Shown here: positions 52,201 to 63,296 of the stretch, one piece after another | How the letters are laid out: every line of letters starts with the position of its first letter | How positions within the stretch are numbered: the stretch's first letter is position 1 | Origin: Schmidtea polychroa | Lineage: Eukaryota | DNA length: 64,000 nt | Assembly: GCA_044892525.1 (NCBI GenBank) | Contig: CM097887.1 | Coordinates: 2,108,001 to 2,172,000 of the forward strand | Direction: 5' to 3' | Translations under genes and position numbers: made by a program | Notes under the pieces: model-generated | The model's database searches: none | What the model was told of the DNA's origin: nothing | The model's input: the letters and a program-made list of their open reading frames with translations, nothing else

Positions 52201-54972
52201 GATAAATGTCTTTCTATTGAATTTCGAGCATTTGTAAGCTCTGGACGATAATTGAAAGGTTACCATAAATAATCAAAATTTGTAATTGTTTAATCTATTT
52301 CTGCAATTGTAATCAAATCAATAAAGGCGAGATTACATTGTGATTGTGCTAATCAATAAAGGCGAGATTACATTGTGATTGTGCTAATCAATAACTAATT
52401 ACCTTCCTGCGAGTTTTTTATTGCTATAATTACTATTGTTGTTAATGTGGATAATATTAATATTATTAAAGACAAGTATATAACAAATAGGAAAGGTTTG
52501 GGAACCGCTGAATGATTTGGCTGACTCTAATAATCATAATTTGCTTCAGATTGATGAATTCCTTCCTTTTATTATTTCGTTCGGATTCTCAGCTTGATGA
52601 TTGGCTAGGTAGCTAGTAAGATCTGATTCGATAAGCACATAGATATTGATTAAATCAGTGATCACCATCGATCGGCAGTCATCGTAATAATAAATGGGGA
52701 AACACATGAATTGAAAGTTCAAACTAATCCGCAAAATATTAGCGAATCAAAACTTGAGATTGCGCGCAATTGTGGTGTAGACATTCAGGATTTGTATTGT
52801 ATTCATTTGGAAGATAATATACAACCGAATGATGAAGATCCGTTTCAAGATGGAGGAATTATCTTTGAAATAATGAAAAGGTTAATTTGATTAGATGAAG
52901 CTTTAATTGATTAAGTATATTTGTCATTATAATTTAGAATAGAAAGCTTTGATGTAGGTAAAGAAATAGCAAGAGGGGGATTCGGTATTGTTTTTCTTTG
53001 CCAGGAAAGAATATCTGGAAAACAGTTCATTATAAAAAAGTCTATTGACAAGAAATCAAGTTTTTACCGGGATATTTACATCAGCAATCATTTGAATGGA
53101 GTAGATAAACTTGTGAGTGGGTTAGACATAGTGAGAGATCATAAAGAAGAGAGCATCTTTTTGGCCATGCAATATATGCCAAGGGTATCCTTAACATTTC
53201 TCATTTATCCATATCAATTATATATCAAAAATTAAAAAATTAAAAATTAAAAAATAGGAAATATTATTTGGGTAATTAAAATAAAATATAAATAGAATAT
53301 AATTAAACCAATAAATTTATTATAAAATGCGAAATAAATTTATTTTTCCCCAACAACAATTATTAAATGCAATAATGATCAAATTCACTTGACAAAGGCA
53401 GTGCCGAAAATTCGTGAGTATCAACAAACATGGATATATTACCGATTTATGGTCGTTAAGCTCTCTTTTCAATAAATTCTATATATATGCATTGTTGGGC
53501 ATTTTGTGCAAGTCGGTGTAACTCTGACTCCTTTGTGTCCTTTTATTAAGAAAATCCAACAACCCAACACAACAATATTTACTCGTAATTACCACAATTA
53601 CACTTTTATTTATTACACATTTTAATGAAACAATTCCAGTTTACACCACTTTAAATAACTCTTTGTTCTGCAATCTTTTAAATTTCAACCTGAATCTTGC
53701 GCAGGGACAAACTTTCCAATGGCAGATCTCCCTTTCTGGCACGCTAGATTCAAAATGATGTGATTATCACTAATGTTAAATGCGCTTTTGCTCCCTTTCA
53801 TTGTAATATATCTCTTATTTCTTCGACCAACTGTAATTCTGTTTACTTGACGGTAGTTTTCATCTAGTAATTATATTATCTCCTTATCAAATTACTTTTG
53901 GCAACTTCCCCTTGCCGTCGGCTAATTAAAATCCATCTACCTAGTTAAATTGACTATTCGAGTCCTCTCATACTGTTCGGGTTTAGTTTTTTTTTAATTA
54001 ATTTTAATTTTTTGTAAATATTTCCTTCTACGGACACTCTTTAACTTTATTTTTTATTAGTTTTGAACTCATTTCATTCGTCGGCATTCGCACATACCAG
54101 TTTCCTCCAGAAAATATTCATTTTTAATTTTCAATTAATATATTTGTACTTTAAATTATTACTGTGAATTTGATGTTTTTTATTGATTCACCTTTTTTTG
54201 ATATATTTACTGATTTATGGTCCTTCTAGCTCTTTGTAATAAATACTTAGTGGAAAAGAAATCAGTGGTGAAATTGTAAAAAATAATTCTTATAAATATG
54301 CCATTGTCAGGGATCACTTACGGAATACATTGAGCAATGCATAAAGCAATGGAAAGGGATACAGGAAAAGGCTGTTGTCAAGATTTCTTATCAAATCCTC
54401 ACACAAATTAATGAAATTCACCAATGCAAAGTTATCCATTGCGACATCAAACGTTTGACGTTGTTAAAATAAATTTTATTTTTTAATTTTGGTTTTTCAG
54501 CGGACAATATTGTTTTTGATGGAAAGGGTAACGCAAAATTGATCGATTACGGACTAGCCAAATACTTGAAAGGAATGGAAAGGAAAGATGAGTCTAGGAA
54601 ACGTAAAGCATCTTCTCCTGGAACTATTTACTACTTAGCACCTGAGATATTTAGTGGAGAATTATATTCATACAAATCTGATATTTGGTCATTTGGAATG
54701 GTGTTAGTTGAGATGGTCACAGGCATATTGATGGATAATTTATCATTGATAATGTTGAGATTGTAGGTAAACCTCCATTTCACTGGGCAGGAATTGGACG
54801 GGTGGTCTTGGAACTTAAAAAGATGAAAAAATTTAAATTCAAACCAATCAAACCTATTTCCAAAGAATTGAACGAATTTATCAACTCATGTTTGACTGTG
54901 AATCCAAATGAGAGGCCAACTGGTGAAGATTTGATGAGATCGGAATTGTTTATTCATTCTTTCTACAAATAA
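46284..54972 (+). CDS. Putative 13-exon ubiquitin-like-domain Ser/Thr protein kinase (~713 aa); exons 46284-46798, 49640-49726, 49778-49852, 50194-50364, 50408-50446, 50566-50643, 50693-50764, 52550-52615, 52659-52880, 52938-53184, 54311-54452, 54501-54722, 54767-54972
   Basis: Exon 1 is ubiquitin-like (MKIFV..LEMEVD..ENIK..YRLIYKN..KYKISDGDKI). Eight consecutive symmetric phase-2 exons keep the frame open. Kinase motifs: ARGGFG, FIIKK, HCDIKPDNI, DYG, GTIYYLAPE, DIWSFG, PNERPT. The kinase part is high confidence; its fusion to the 5' part is moderate, and it could be two genes with the first ending at TAA 50828. Confidence 0.65.
46790..49097. repeat. ~2.3 kb G/T-rich compound minisatellite (~17-26 bp units, gaatattgattggttgtgaggt-type) with higher-order duplications
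   Basis: About 100 variable units, strongly C-poor on the + strand. The block at ~47900-48120 recurs at ~48330-48560. Confidence 0.97.
49260..49530 (-). pseudogene. MULE/Mutator transposase C-terminal relic
   Basis: CYNSTLAGNRRTNNAIEGWHSCF..HH, matching the RTNN.VEGWH..F...HP motif. Confidence 0.8.
49870..50183. repeat. (AAT)n / aataataatc low-complexity tract inside an intron
   Basis: Directly visible. It lies between donor 49853 and acceptor 50193. Confidence 0.9.
50865..51439. mobile_element. 575 bp non-autonomous piggyBac-type element
   Basis: Perfect 14 bp TIR ccacttgccgggcg, flanked by TTAA at 50861-50864 and 51440-51443. Confidence 0.92.
51462..51690 (-). pseudogene. Dienelactone hydrolase / CMBL-like N-terminal fragment
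   Basis: IKTLNGTEINTV..KNGLILVYDIFGFNVSQTRRTA resembles the V(Y/Q)DIFG motif of this family. Stops lie upstream and no nucleophile region follows. Confidence 0.55.
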
Positions 54973-56551
54973 CACACCTCATCTGTTAATATTTTATTTA
55001 TCGCTCTTTGGAATACATCAGATGCTGCACCGTGAGAATCTTTACTATCCGAATCTCGTGCTAAACTCTTCTTTACCTATTGGTATTTGATAGCTTCCAT
55101 TGAAGAGATGAAGTCCCATGAAATACTTTGATTTATCCATCATGATGTTCATAATGTTCATTGGTTGATGATATTGGAGATATAGCTCTTTCTATTTGCC
55201 ATTTAGCGCTCTCTAATCTAAACTGTAAATTATACACTCATACAAATATGGTAGGGTAATGTGTGGACCCGGGAACAAAGAACTATTATGTAATCGATGA
55301 CGTCAAAAAGGAAATTACGCCATACCTCCTACCCAGGAGAGGGAGTATTTTTTTAAATTAAGTAATAAAGAACTATTATATAACAAAATCATAGTACGTA
55401 ACAAAGACATAATATGTAATCATCAATTTAAACAAAAAACTATTACATAACAAAGACATTTTAAGAAACAAAGACACATGACTCATCATAATTAATAAAT
55501 ATATTTTAAAAACATATTTTGACGCTAAAGTTGACTTAACAAAGATATAATTATTGCACATACTTTGCACATACTTTGAATTATTATTATTATTATATAT
55601 AGTCTGAGTTTATCCGACAAGATAAAGAAATCCGACAATTTATAAAGAAATAAATAAAATTACCTAGAGGAAGATCGCCATGACAAACGGGACGATCTAT
55701 TGGAACTCAGAAAAGAAAACAGAAGTAAAAAGAAACTAAAAATGAGAAAGATAAAGGAAATAAAAAGAATCAAACAGGAAAATGAAAACCAAGGTCAGTA
55801 CTAATTAATTAGTACAAAAAGGAAAAATAATTTTGAAATCAGGGAAAAGGGAAAACAACTTGACAGCTGTCAGAGATAAAAATGGGACAGTCGGGAAAAG
55901 TAGGAGAAGGAAAATGGAAAAACACTTGATTATCTGAAGTGTCCCAAGAGAAGGGAACTATATAAGGGAAAACTGGTGAACATTAAATGAGAACAAAATT
56001 AGAAGAAAAATTAGAGACAAAGTGACGCGAAATTGAAAACGATTTGGAAGACGATTTGAGAGACAATTTGAGAGACGATTTGAGAGATAAAATTATTGGA
56101 GGGAGCTAGACGTTGGACGAAACGTTGTTGGACAAACGACTGTCAAAAACAATTCTAAAGGAAATAATTGTGGAAAATAATTATTGGAGAAGAGTTGAAG
56201 AAAGGAATTAGTTGAAAAATAAACGAAAAGAAGTTATTTGATTATTTGAATAAAGTTGTGAAGAAAGTCAAAGAGGACAACCAGCTCAAAATCCCAGTTT
56301 AGAAACCAATCAGTAATTTGTGATCTTTTAATGCGGTATTATACATAAGTGCTATTCCTCACCGAGTGTTGTAATAAGCATTGTATAGTCACCAAGCAGA
56401 GTGTTGAATTGATTGTCAGTGTGAAAATAAAGTGTATTTGTGATTATCAATAAAGATTTCTGTTGTCAAGTGTTATTTGTGAATCATATAAAGACACACT
56501 TGGAGTCAGAGCAACATTTAAAATTATCACCAACTCAAAAACCCAACAATA

Positions 56552-56785
56552 TTCTGTCCCCCTAAGGGTACTGATCGTAAGGGTATTGGTCGTAAGGGTA
56601 ATGCTCACAAAGGTACTGCTCACAAAAGTACTGCTCACAGTCAACATGTCGTAAATTATTATTATTTTCAAATACAAGTTCAAAGTATTATTATTATTAT
56701 ATATAGCCTGAGTTTATCCGACAAGATATTCTGTCCCCCTAAGGGTACTGCTCGTAAAGGTACTGGTCGCAAAGGTACTGCTAAA
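56552..56785. repeat. Duplicated cassette with 15 bp repeats (aagggtactgctcgc-type)
   Basis: ttctgtccccctaagggtact.. occurs at 56552 and 56729. The flank tatag.ctgagtttatccgacaagata occurs at ~55598 and ~56702. Confidence 0.8.
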
Positions 56786-56834
56786 AATATTCAAGGCAAT
56801 AAAATCAATACATTTATTAAATAATTTAATCACA

Positions 56835-59800
56835 TCATCGAAAATAATCATGTCCAAAATAATTATCATCTGCTGGATCATGAAAATCATCTGGATCATC
56901 TGCCGAGACAGGTTCTGTTGAATCTATGAATATATCGGTGTCACCACCCCTATAATAGCCATATGCCAAATTTTGATTTTTATCCACCCAATTTCGCTTA
57001 TCATCTCTAATTTTCATGGTTCTTTTATTATTTTTTATACTATAAAGTTGGTGATTCTTCGATGTTATTCAAAACTGAAGGACTGTGTATATTTTATCGT
57101 TTAAGTAACAATATAGATACGACTGATGTGTTAATCCAGTATCTTTCATACTAATCCCTTTAGCCTTCATACTTTCCTCATCACCCATTAAACTGTAACA
57201 TTTAGGTCTCAAGAACACCCAATCTTTATATAATAGTCCTTTATTCTCGTCTTTGAATTTACCAATGACAGAATCAAGGTTCCTACAATATAAAAAATGA
57301 TTTGGGTCATAATTCGAAGTGTCTAATAATTGATCTCTAATCATTGCAGATAAAAAAATGTCAAGACTACAATGTTTAATTTCCAAGAAGAAGGAATCTG
57401 TGTCCCCAGCAACAATATTAATTTCGCAGTTGAATTCGTCGCGATATTTTTGCAACTCTTCATACTGCAGCTAGTACATCCTAAGTTTGGATAAATCTAG
57501 TACAGTTTGACCAATGTAACTAGGTCTATCTAAACATACTGTATCCTTCCTCAATAAAACCGAAATCAGGTCATCATCGATTTTCGAGGATTTACGAAAA
57601 GTCGGTTTCGAACAGAATGTTAATAATTTCTGTGAAGAATTACACAGACGTAAATTAATACGTTTTTAAAGATTTTCAATAGTCTTCCCGTAAAGACTGT
57701 TGTTTAATAATTTATAAAAGTTTTGTCAAGTTTATTTGTCGACGCTGCTCGTAACGCCGTATTTGTGTTAATATAATTTTTGAAAATTCTATCTTGTTTA
57801 AATTTAATTGCTCTGTGTTTTTGATATTTTAACACCTAATTTAATAAATATTTACAGAAGCCTCCAATGAAGAACGTAGTTCCTCCTGGGGCTGTGTGTA
57901 AGCAACAGCTTCTCTATTTTCGAACCGGGTACACACATCTTTTCAGCGGCAACGGGAAGATAATCCAGTTTATGGTGTATTGACGTTGGTATTTCTAAAT
58001 CCACTTCTATGGTATAACCATAATCAAGCAGATCTAAATCTACCGTTGTTCATTCAACAATTATATTATTTAATAAATTATCATCTGTAACCCATTTAAA
58101 GTTACTGCATGCTAAAGGTTGACTTAAAGCCCAACCGTATAAATTATTTATATCTATGTAAAGCAAAGCGGTATCCGGGTCTGTTTTTACATAGTGTTTA
58201 TTTACAAAAGTTAGTCCACCACGGATACCGCCCTCAAAAAAGTTATACATCTCCATATCGGTGAGGAGCTCAATTGGAGAGTTTAAAGTTAATAATGCGG
58301 AATTCCAAGACATATCTGAAATCCCTAAGAAATTTAATGGCTCTAGCCAGTTATGAGCAATGGACTTAGCTCTAAATTGTTGGAAAAAATCAGCTAAAAG
58401 GAAAACATCAAGTTTTAAATAAACCATCATGTAATCTAAAAGTGAAGTACATTAGGTTTCAAGCCAAATTCTCTGAGCTGTCTCATATTCAGCAGGCGTC
58501 ACATCTTTCCAAATAGGAGGTAACTGATGAGTGTTATGCAAAACCTCTAAGGAAGTTGCGGCATCATAAGGAAAAATTCCCTTTGCATTGATTATTGTAC
58601 CCTGAAATTCTGATTCGGTCAAGGGTAAAGATGATAAAGTTTGGACAGCATTATTTAAGACTCGCTGACAAATTGATAAGAGTCTATAAATTTAACGGTT
58701 AATGAGTCAATCCTAGCAAAAAGACTAAGGAATTTCTCGCTGGTTAAAGGAATACAGCTAATATTCCATGAATGATATTTTGAAAGGCCAAATTTCAAGA
58801 TATGATGCAGATCATAATCCTTTAAATTATGAAATACTACAGGAAGGGTATGTCTAATTTGCCTCGACAGATTACAAGTTGTACAAGCGGCACCAAGATA
58901 TAGACCGGTAAAATGGTCATGGTCCCTAACTGGACTAGATAAATGTTTATTGCACAAATAGCATGATGTGCTGTTTTCAAACATTAATTGTTGTTCATCT
59001 GTAATTATCATTTTCGTTTGATAATTTTTATAATAATAAGGAGTTACAATATATTTCCCTATCATTTCAATTTCAGTAAGAAATTGATCGACGCAATTGA
59101 ACGACTTATAAATTTTTACGCCCGTAAAATTATTAATAAAAGCATACCAGCAGGTGACGTTGAAAGTATCGAGTGTCCTTAGGTAAGATAACCTCAAAGT
59201 CAGCATAAATAACAAAGGGAAGAGTGACTGTTTTACTCCAATCAATAAATTCTAAATATTTATTTTTAGGCAATGTGTACAAGGTAGTACCAAGCTGATT
59301 TTTATCACAAAGACCTCTATGTCTATTAAAAGCGTCATCATTCCTAAAACCGTTTAAACACCTAGGACACCACTGACTGCAAATCCTAACAGGAGTGATT
59401 GAACTATTCCTACAATTAAGGAATCTATTTAGGTCTGTGATTGCAAGATAATGATAATTATCATTCTTTTCAATTAATAATAAATTGATAGGTATGGCTC
59501 CTACTATCTTACTCCTGTATATTATATCAATAACTGCATCTTCATCAGAAATGTCTATCAAAGCCTTTTCGTTGTAAGTAAGAACATTAATACTATAACC
59601 TGGATTTTGTTGTTCAAATTTACTTATATTTGATAGTTTCATCGGCATATCATTAGGATCAAATTTAATATTAGAAAGATTGTATGAATTAGGGCGATTT
59701 CTATATTGCCTATTTATACTGTCATATTTAATAATTGATAAAAAACTATACAAGAAGCAGAAGTAGTCATTATTAACTAAATTAATGAGACAGCTTAAGT

Positions 59801-60782
59801 TTCTTAAAAATTTTGGGGTTTCAATAAAACTTCTGACACTTAACTGACTTATTTCAGCAAATTTAGTCAGAACAAAGCTTATGTATTCTATTTTATTGAT
59901 ATTCCAATTACTACCTTTCTCATTAATTTTAATTATTTTTTCATTTAAACGAGCAATACCTTCGTCAATGAATGTATCACTCCAAACTCAGGCGGAATTC
60001 GAGATTACAAAAGATTGTAACTCATCATCTTTAATGAATTCCACCTTTAGACAAAATTGAATTTTACATGATTTCAATTTATTTACATAGAAATTTAATT
60101 TATTTTATTAAAATGTCTGGTACAGAGACCGTTTTTAAATCTAAAGACGAAACGTCCATTTTTAACATAATATGATTAATATTTAAATCACTGGTGACAT
60201 CTACGACACCAAAACCTATTTGATTAATATTATTATAATTATTATAATTATTATTACTATTATTATAATTAAAGTTTAATTAATTAAAGTTTAAGATTTT
60301 TTTCATAAGATATTATTCAATATTGTCTGTTAAATAGTATCTAATAAGAAAACATCATATAATTTAACTAATATATTTAAATAGTACCATAAAAATAATA
60401 AAAGCATTAAATTATGATTTGAAATAATATAAAAATTATTAAAATTATTATTAAAATCTTCTTTTCATAATCGACTTTTCATATAAATTATTATAATTTC
60501 TTCACATAATAAAATCTTTTCATAATCTTCATAAATAATTACATATTATTCTCATAAATACATCTTTTCATAAATCTTCTTTTCATATAAATTTTCATTA
60601 TTATTATTTAAAAATAAATCTTTTCATATATAATTTACAAATTTTCATTATTAAAAAAAAATTAAAAAAATTATAACAATAAATAAACACTTACATTTTG
60701 TTCCTTTCGAAAGAAATTTCCCAGCATCAGAACCAGCAGAATCAGCAGAAGTATATATTACGTTTCGATCTAAAAGCCAAAT

Positions 60783-60813
<31 letters not shown>

Positions 60814-60971
60814 GTAAACTATTACCATTTATTCTATTCAAGTCTACAGCTTGTCCGACGATATTCATATTAATTTGTTGATTAGAACCTAATAATCATA
60901 TAAAAGATAATAAATTTACCATTAATTCCTCCAACGATTTTTCCGTTAACTCTTTAAATATTGTTGTTCAT
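56835..60971 (-). pseudogene. PolB: Protein-primed family-B DNA polymerase with embedded endonuclease-VII-like motif; multiple stops and frameshifts; main body 60215-56835 plus probable upstream exons 60971-60920, 60888-60826, 60769-60695
   Basis: PFVIYADFE (ExoI), CYLC..RDHDHFTG..GAACTTCN, VVFHNLKDYD (ExoII), FIDSYQF, YLKLDV (ExoIII), YIDINNLYG (A), KLLNNSLYGKT (B), GDTDS (C), KAKGI, DDKR. Confidence 0.93.
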
Positions 60972-61292
60972 GTTGTTGTCTATAATAATTTTTTAAAAGT
61001 GATGAAAAAATGAAAGTGTAGACTATATAAAAGAGATATTACAAGTTTTATTAACCGACCAATGAAAATAGAGATAGGATAGCAAAAGATACTGCATGTT
61101 TGATTATACAAAGCAGTTACTATATGACTAAATAATGACCTACAAGTCCATGTCTTTATTACTCAGTGCTTTGTTACTTTGCACTGTACATGCACTGAAC
61201 ATGTAATAGTATGACATAATAATATTTTTAAACATAAATAATAATATTTAACAAATAATAATAATATTTTTAAAATTAATTATATATCTTAA

Positions 61293-61716
61293 TCAACAAA
61301 TAAAAAACAAATCATACAGTATACATTTATTAACTATCAAATAGTTTTTATACAACAACCATACCAAACAGTGTTGACCACATGTTTGAGTCAATGGATT
61401 TTGAAACATAGTTTTATTATATACAATAGGTTTCCTAATTGTTTGCAGTTTTGATATCAACAAAGCAGGATAATAGAAACTCATAGGATCGAATACGAAT
61501 ATATTACTAGGTTTCACATATATAGCTATTCAATGTTCTTCACCATGATGAGACGAATGAGTATTGAAGATTATGGTTTGATTATTGCTCAAATAAAAAA
61601 TTTTATCGAGAGGAAAAACTCTTAAAAATTCATTTCCTAATATTTGTTTTCCAATTCGATTAACCTGAACAGAACTACTTTAATAAAATTAAACAGTATC
61701 AAAAAACTTACTCCAT
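61293..61716 (-). pseudogene. Adenain-type capsid maturation cysteine protease; exon 1 61716-61712, exon 2 61677-61293; one in-frame TGA
   Basis: Spliced translation: MDSSVQVNRIG..FLRVFPLD..IIFNTHSSHHGEEH*IAIY..FVFDP..QNPLTQTCGQHC, containing the His, Asp, Gln and Cys catalytic residues. Confidence 0.88.
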
Positions 61717-61743
61717 GACAACTTTCTATATTTCTGTATACAT

Positions 61744-62960
61744 TTATACTAGCACGGTTCTATTTGCAGTAATTTGAACTTCATTTTCAGATACTGCATA
61801 TATTATAACATGTACCGGTTCTGTAATATCCAGTCGTATATTCCCGTTTTGTGGTAGTTGACTCGGATTTAAATCAAAATCGGGGGATAAAACAAATGTG
61901 AAAAATGGGTATTTGCTTTTAAATTCTTCTAGAGTTCTTCCACAATTCAAATTTTTATCTAAATATCCCATATTTCTAACAATACTCTGCATATATGTAG
62001 CACAGTAATTATCATTATCGAAATCTTGAATATGTTTCTCTATAATCATTATTTTTAGATAAAGTCAATGAAGTAACACTAAAGTTTTTGAAAATTGAGC
62101 TGGAAGCAGTATAAGACCCATTATATTGTGTTTCACTTTGAAATGATACCAGAATAAAATTAGGCATTCTTCTATCACCAAATATTTGTTCTTTATAGAA
62201 TGATGAATCACCTTTAGCAATAGCAGTTTGTACAATTTCCTTTGTTTTTAATGGATAAATTGCATATTTTGAATTAAGACCCAATTGATGACCAGCCAAT
62301 ACTGAGGGGTCTACTCGAACTCTTCTCACCAATAATTTTGCATCAACTAATTGACATATTGGTGCACCAGTTGCACTAGTAAGAGATAATGCAGAATCAG
62401 ACCTTTTCAGTCTAATGTGTACATTAACTCCCGGAAGTAAATATTTCGGTTGATCCATAAAATCGAGTTGTAATGATGAACACATGGTGAATAATTTTGA
62501 GCCTTTAACCCACTTTTCCTTTCATCATCTGTTGCTGCATAACCCATAGGTGTAAGACAGGTATGTTTAGTATCGGAATTGTAATTTAAAATAGTTTCTA
62601 TCAAAGCCTTGTGAATGAATGTATTATTTCCGCCCTCAATCTTGATATTATTAAATCCCAACACTACATCTTTAAACAGAGTATGAAACAGGAAATTGTT
62701 CGGTATGACATCCGCATTGGCATCCAAAACCTTTCTATCTTTATCTACAACCTTGATTTGAACAGTCAATAAAGTATCGTTCAAATCTACATATTCAGTT
62801 TGCGAACCATTAATATAAAACTCGATATCATTTCTACTATCGGTAATTGAATTTATAGGAAAAACTTCCTCAAAAGCCCCAAATTCTATTACAGCCTGGA
62901 GCGATGGTCTATCAAATATACATAATTCAGATTTACCACAAATAATTTTGCAAATATAGT
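61744..62960 (-). pseudogene. Polinton major capsid protein (double jelly-roll), two frameshifts (~62490, ~62040)
   Basis: CGKSELCIFDRPSLQ..IEFYING..YVDLNDT, NNFLFHTLFKDV, QPKYLLPGVNVHIRLKR, LLVRRVRV, PFFTFVLSPDFD, GNIRLD..VIIYA. Confidence 0.9.
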
Positions 62961-63280
62961 TTCATGTCCTTTCATTCGTTTGTTTATACGCGATATTCCA
63001 TGGCCTTTACGTTTTGGGGCTGGGGCTGGAGGCGTATCTTTTTGAAACATACCAGCAACTCCAGGTAGAACCTTCCCTAACTCAGCTAAAGCATTTGTTT
63101 TAAGAATGGTAATATTTTCTGTTCATTCATAATCACGTCTTTAGCAGTTTTCATATCAAAACTACCAATACGTTTAAGAATAGGAAGTGCAAATCACCCT
63201 ATTGTTTTTAACCAACCTAATCCGAAATGTTTACCAACGAAATATGGTAATTCACCGCCAGATTGGCTATCACTATACAT
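62960..63280 (-). pseudogene. Small Gly-rich/basic Polinton protein between minor and major capsid genes
   Basis: MYSDSQSGGELPYFVGKHFGLGWLKTIG*FALPILKRIG..AKDVI, with a basic C-terminus. It resembles the QxGG-type small proteins found at this position in such elements. Confidence 0.6.
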
Positions 63281-63296
63281 ACTAATAATATCGGAA

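Larger units (their letters stand above)
21522..56548. repeat. Dispersed LTR-like repeat family starting TGTTGGG: copies at 21522 (+), 38304 (+), 53493 (+), 56548 (-), each ~0.5-0.9 kb; related pieces near 4550 and 23100-23250
   Basis: Shared terminus tgttggg..gttggtga.a, then actctgactcc.agcgtgtcttt and gtgcttattacaacact..gtgaggaatagc. TG start. Far ends and TSDs not resolved. Confidence 0.6.

Noticed and set aside
61530-61540. TGA at a conserved Trp of the protease as a sign of an alternative genetic code
   Set aside because: Trp is TGG elsewhere in the same element, host genes end in TGA, and the element has many other stops and frameshifts.
61744-62960. Breaks in the major capsid ORF as introns
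   Set aside because: Both are single-base frameshifts with no GT-AG segment to remove.
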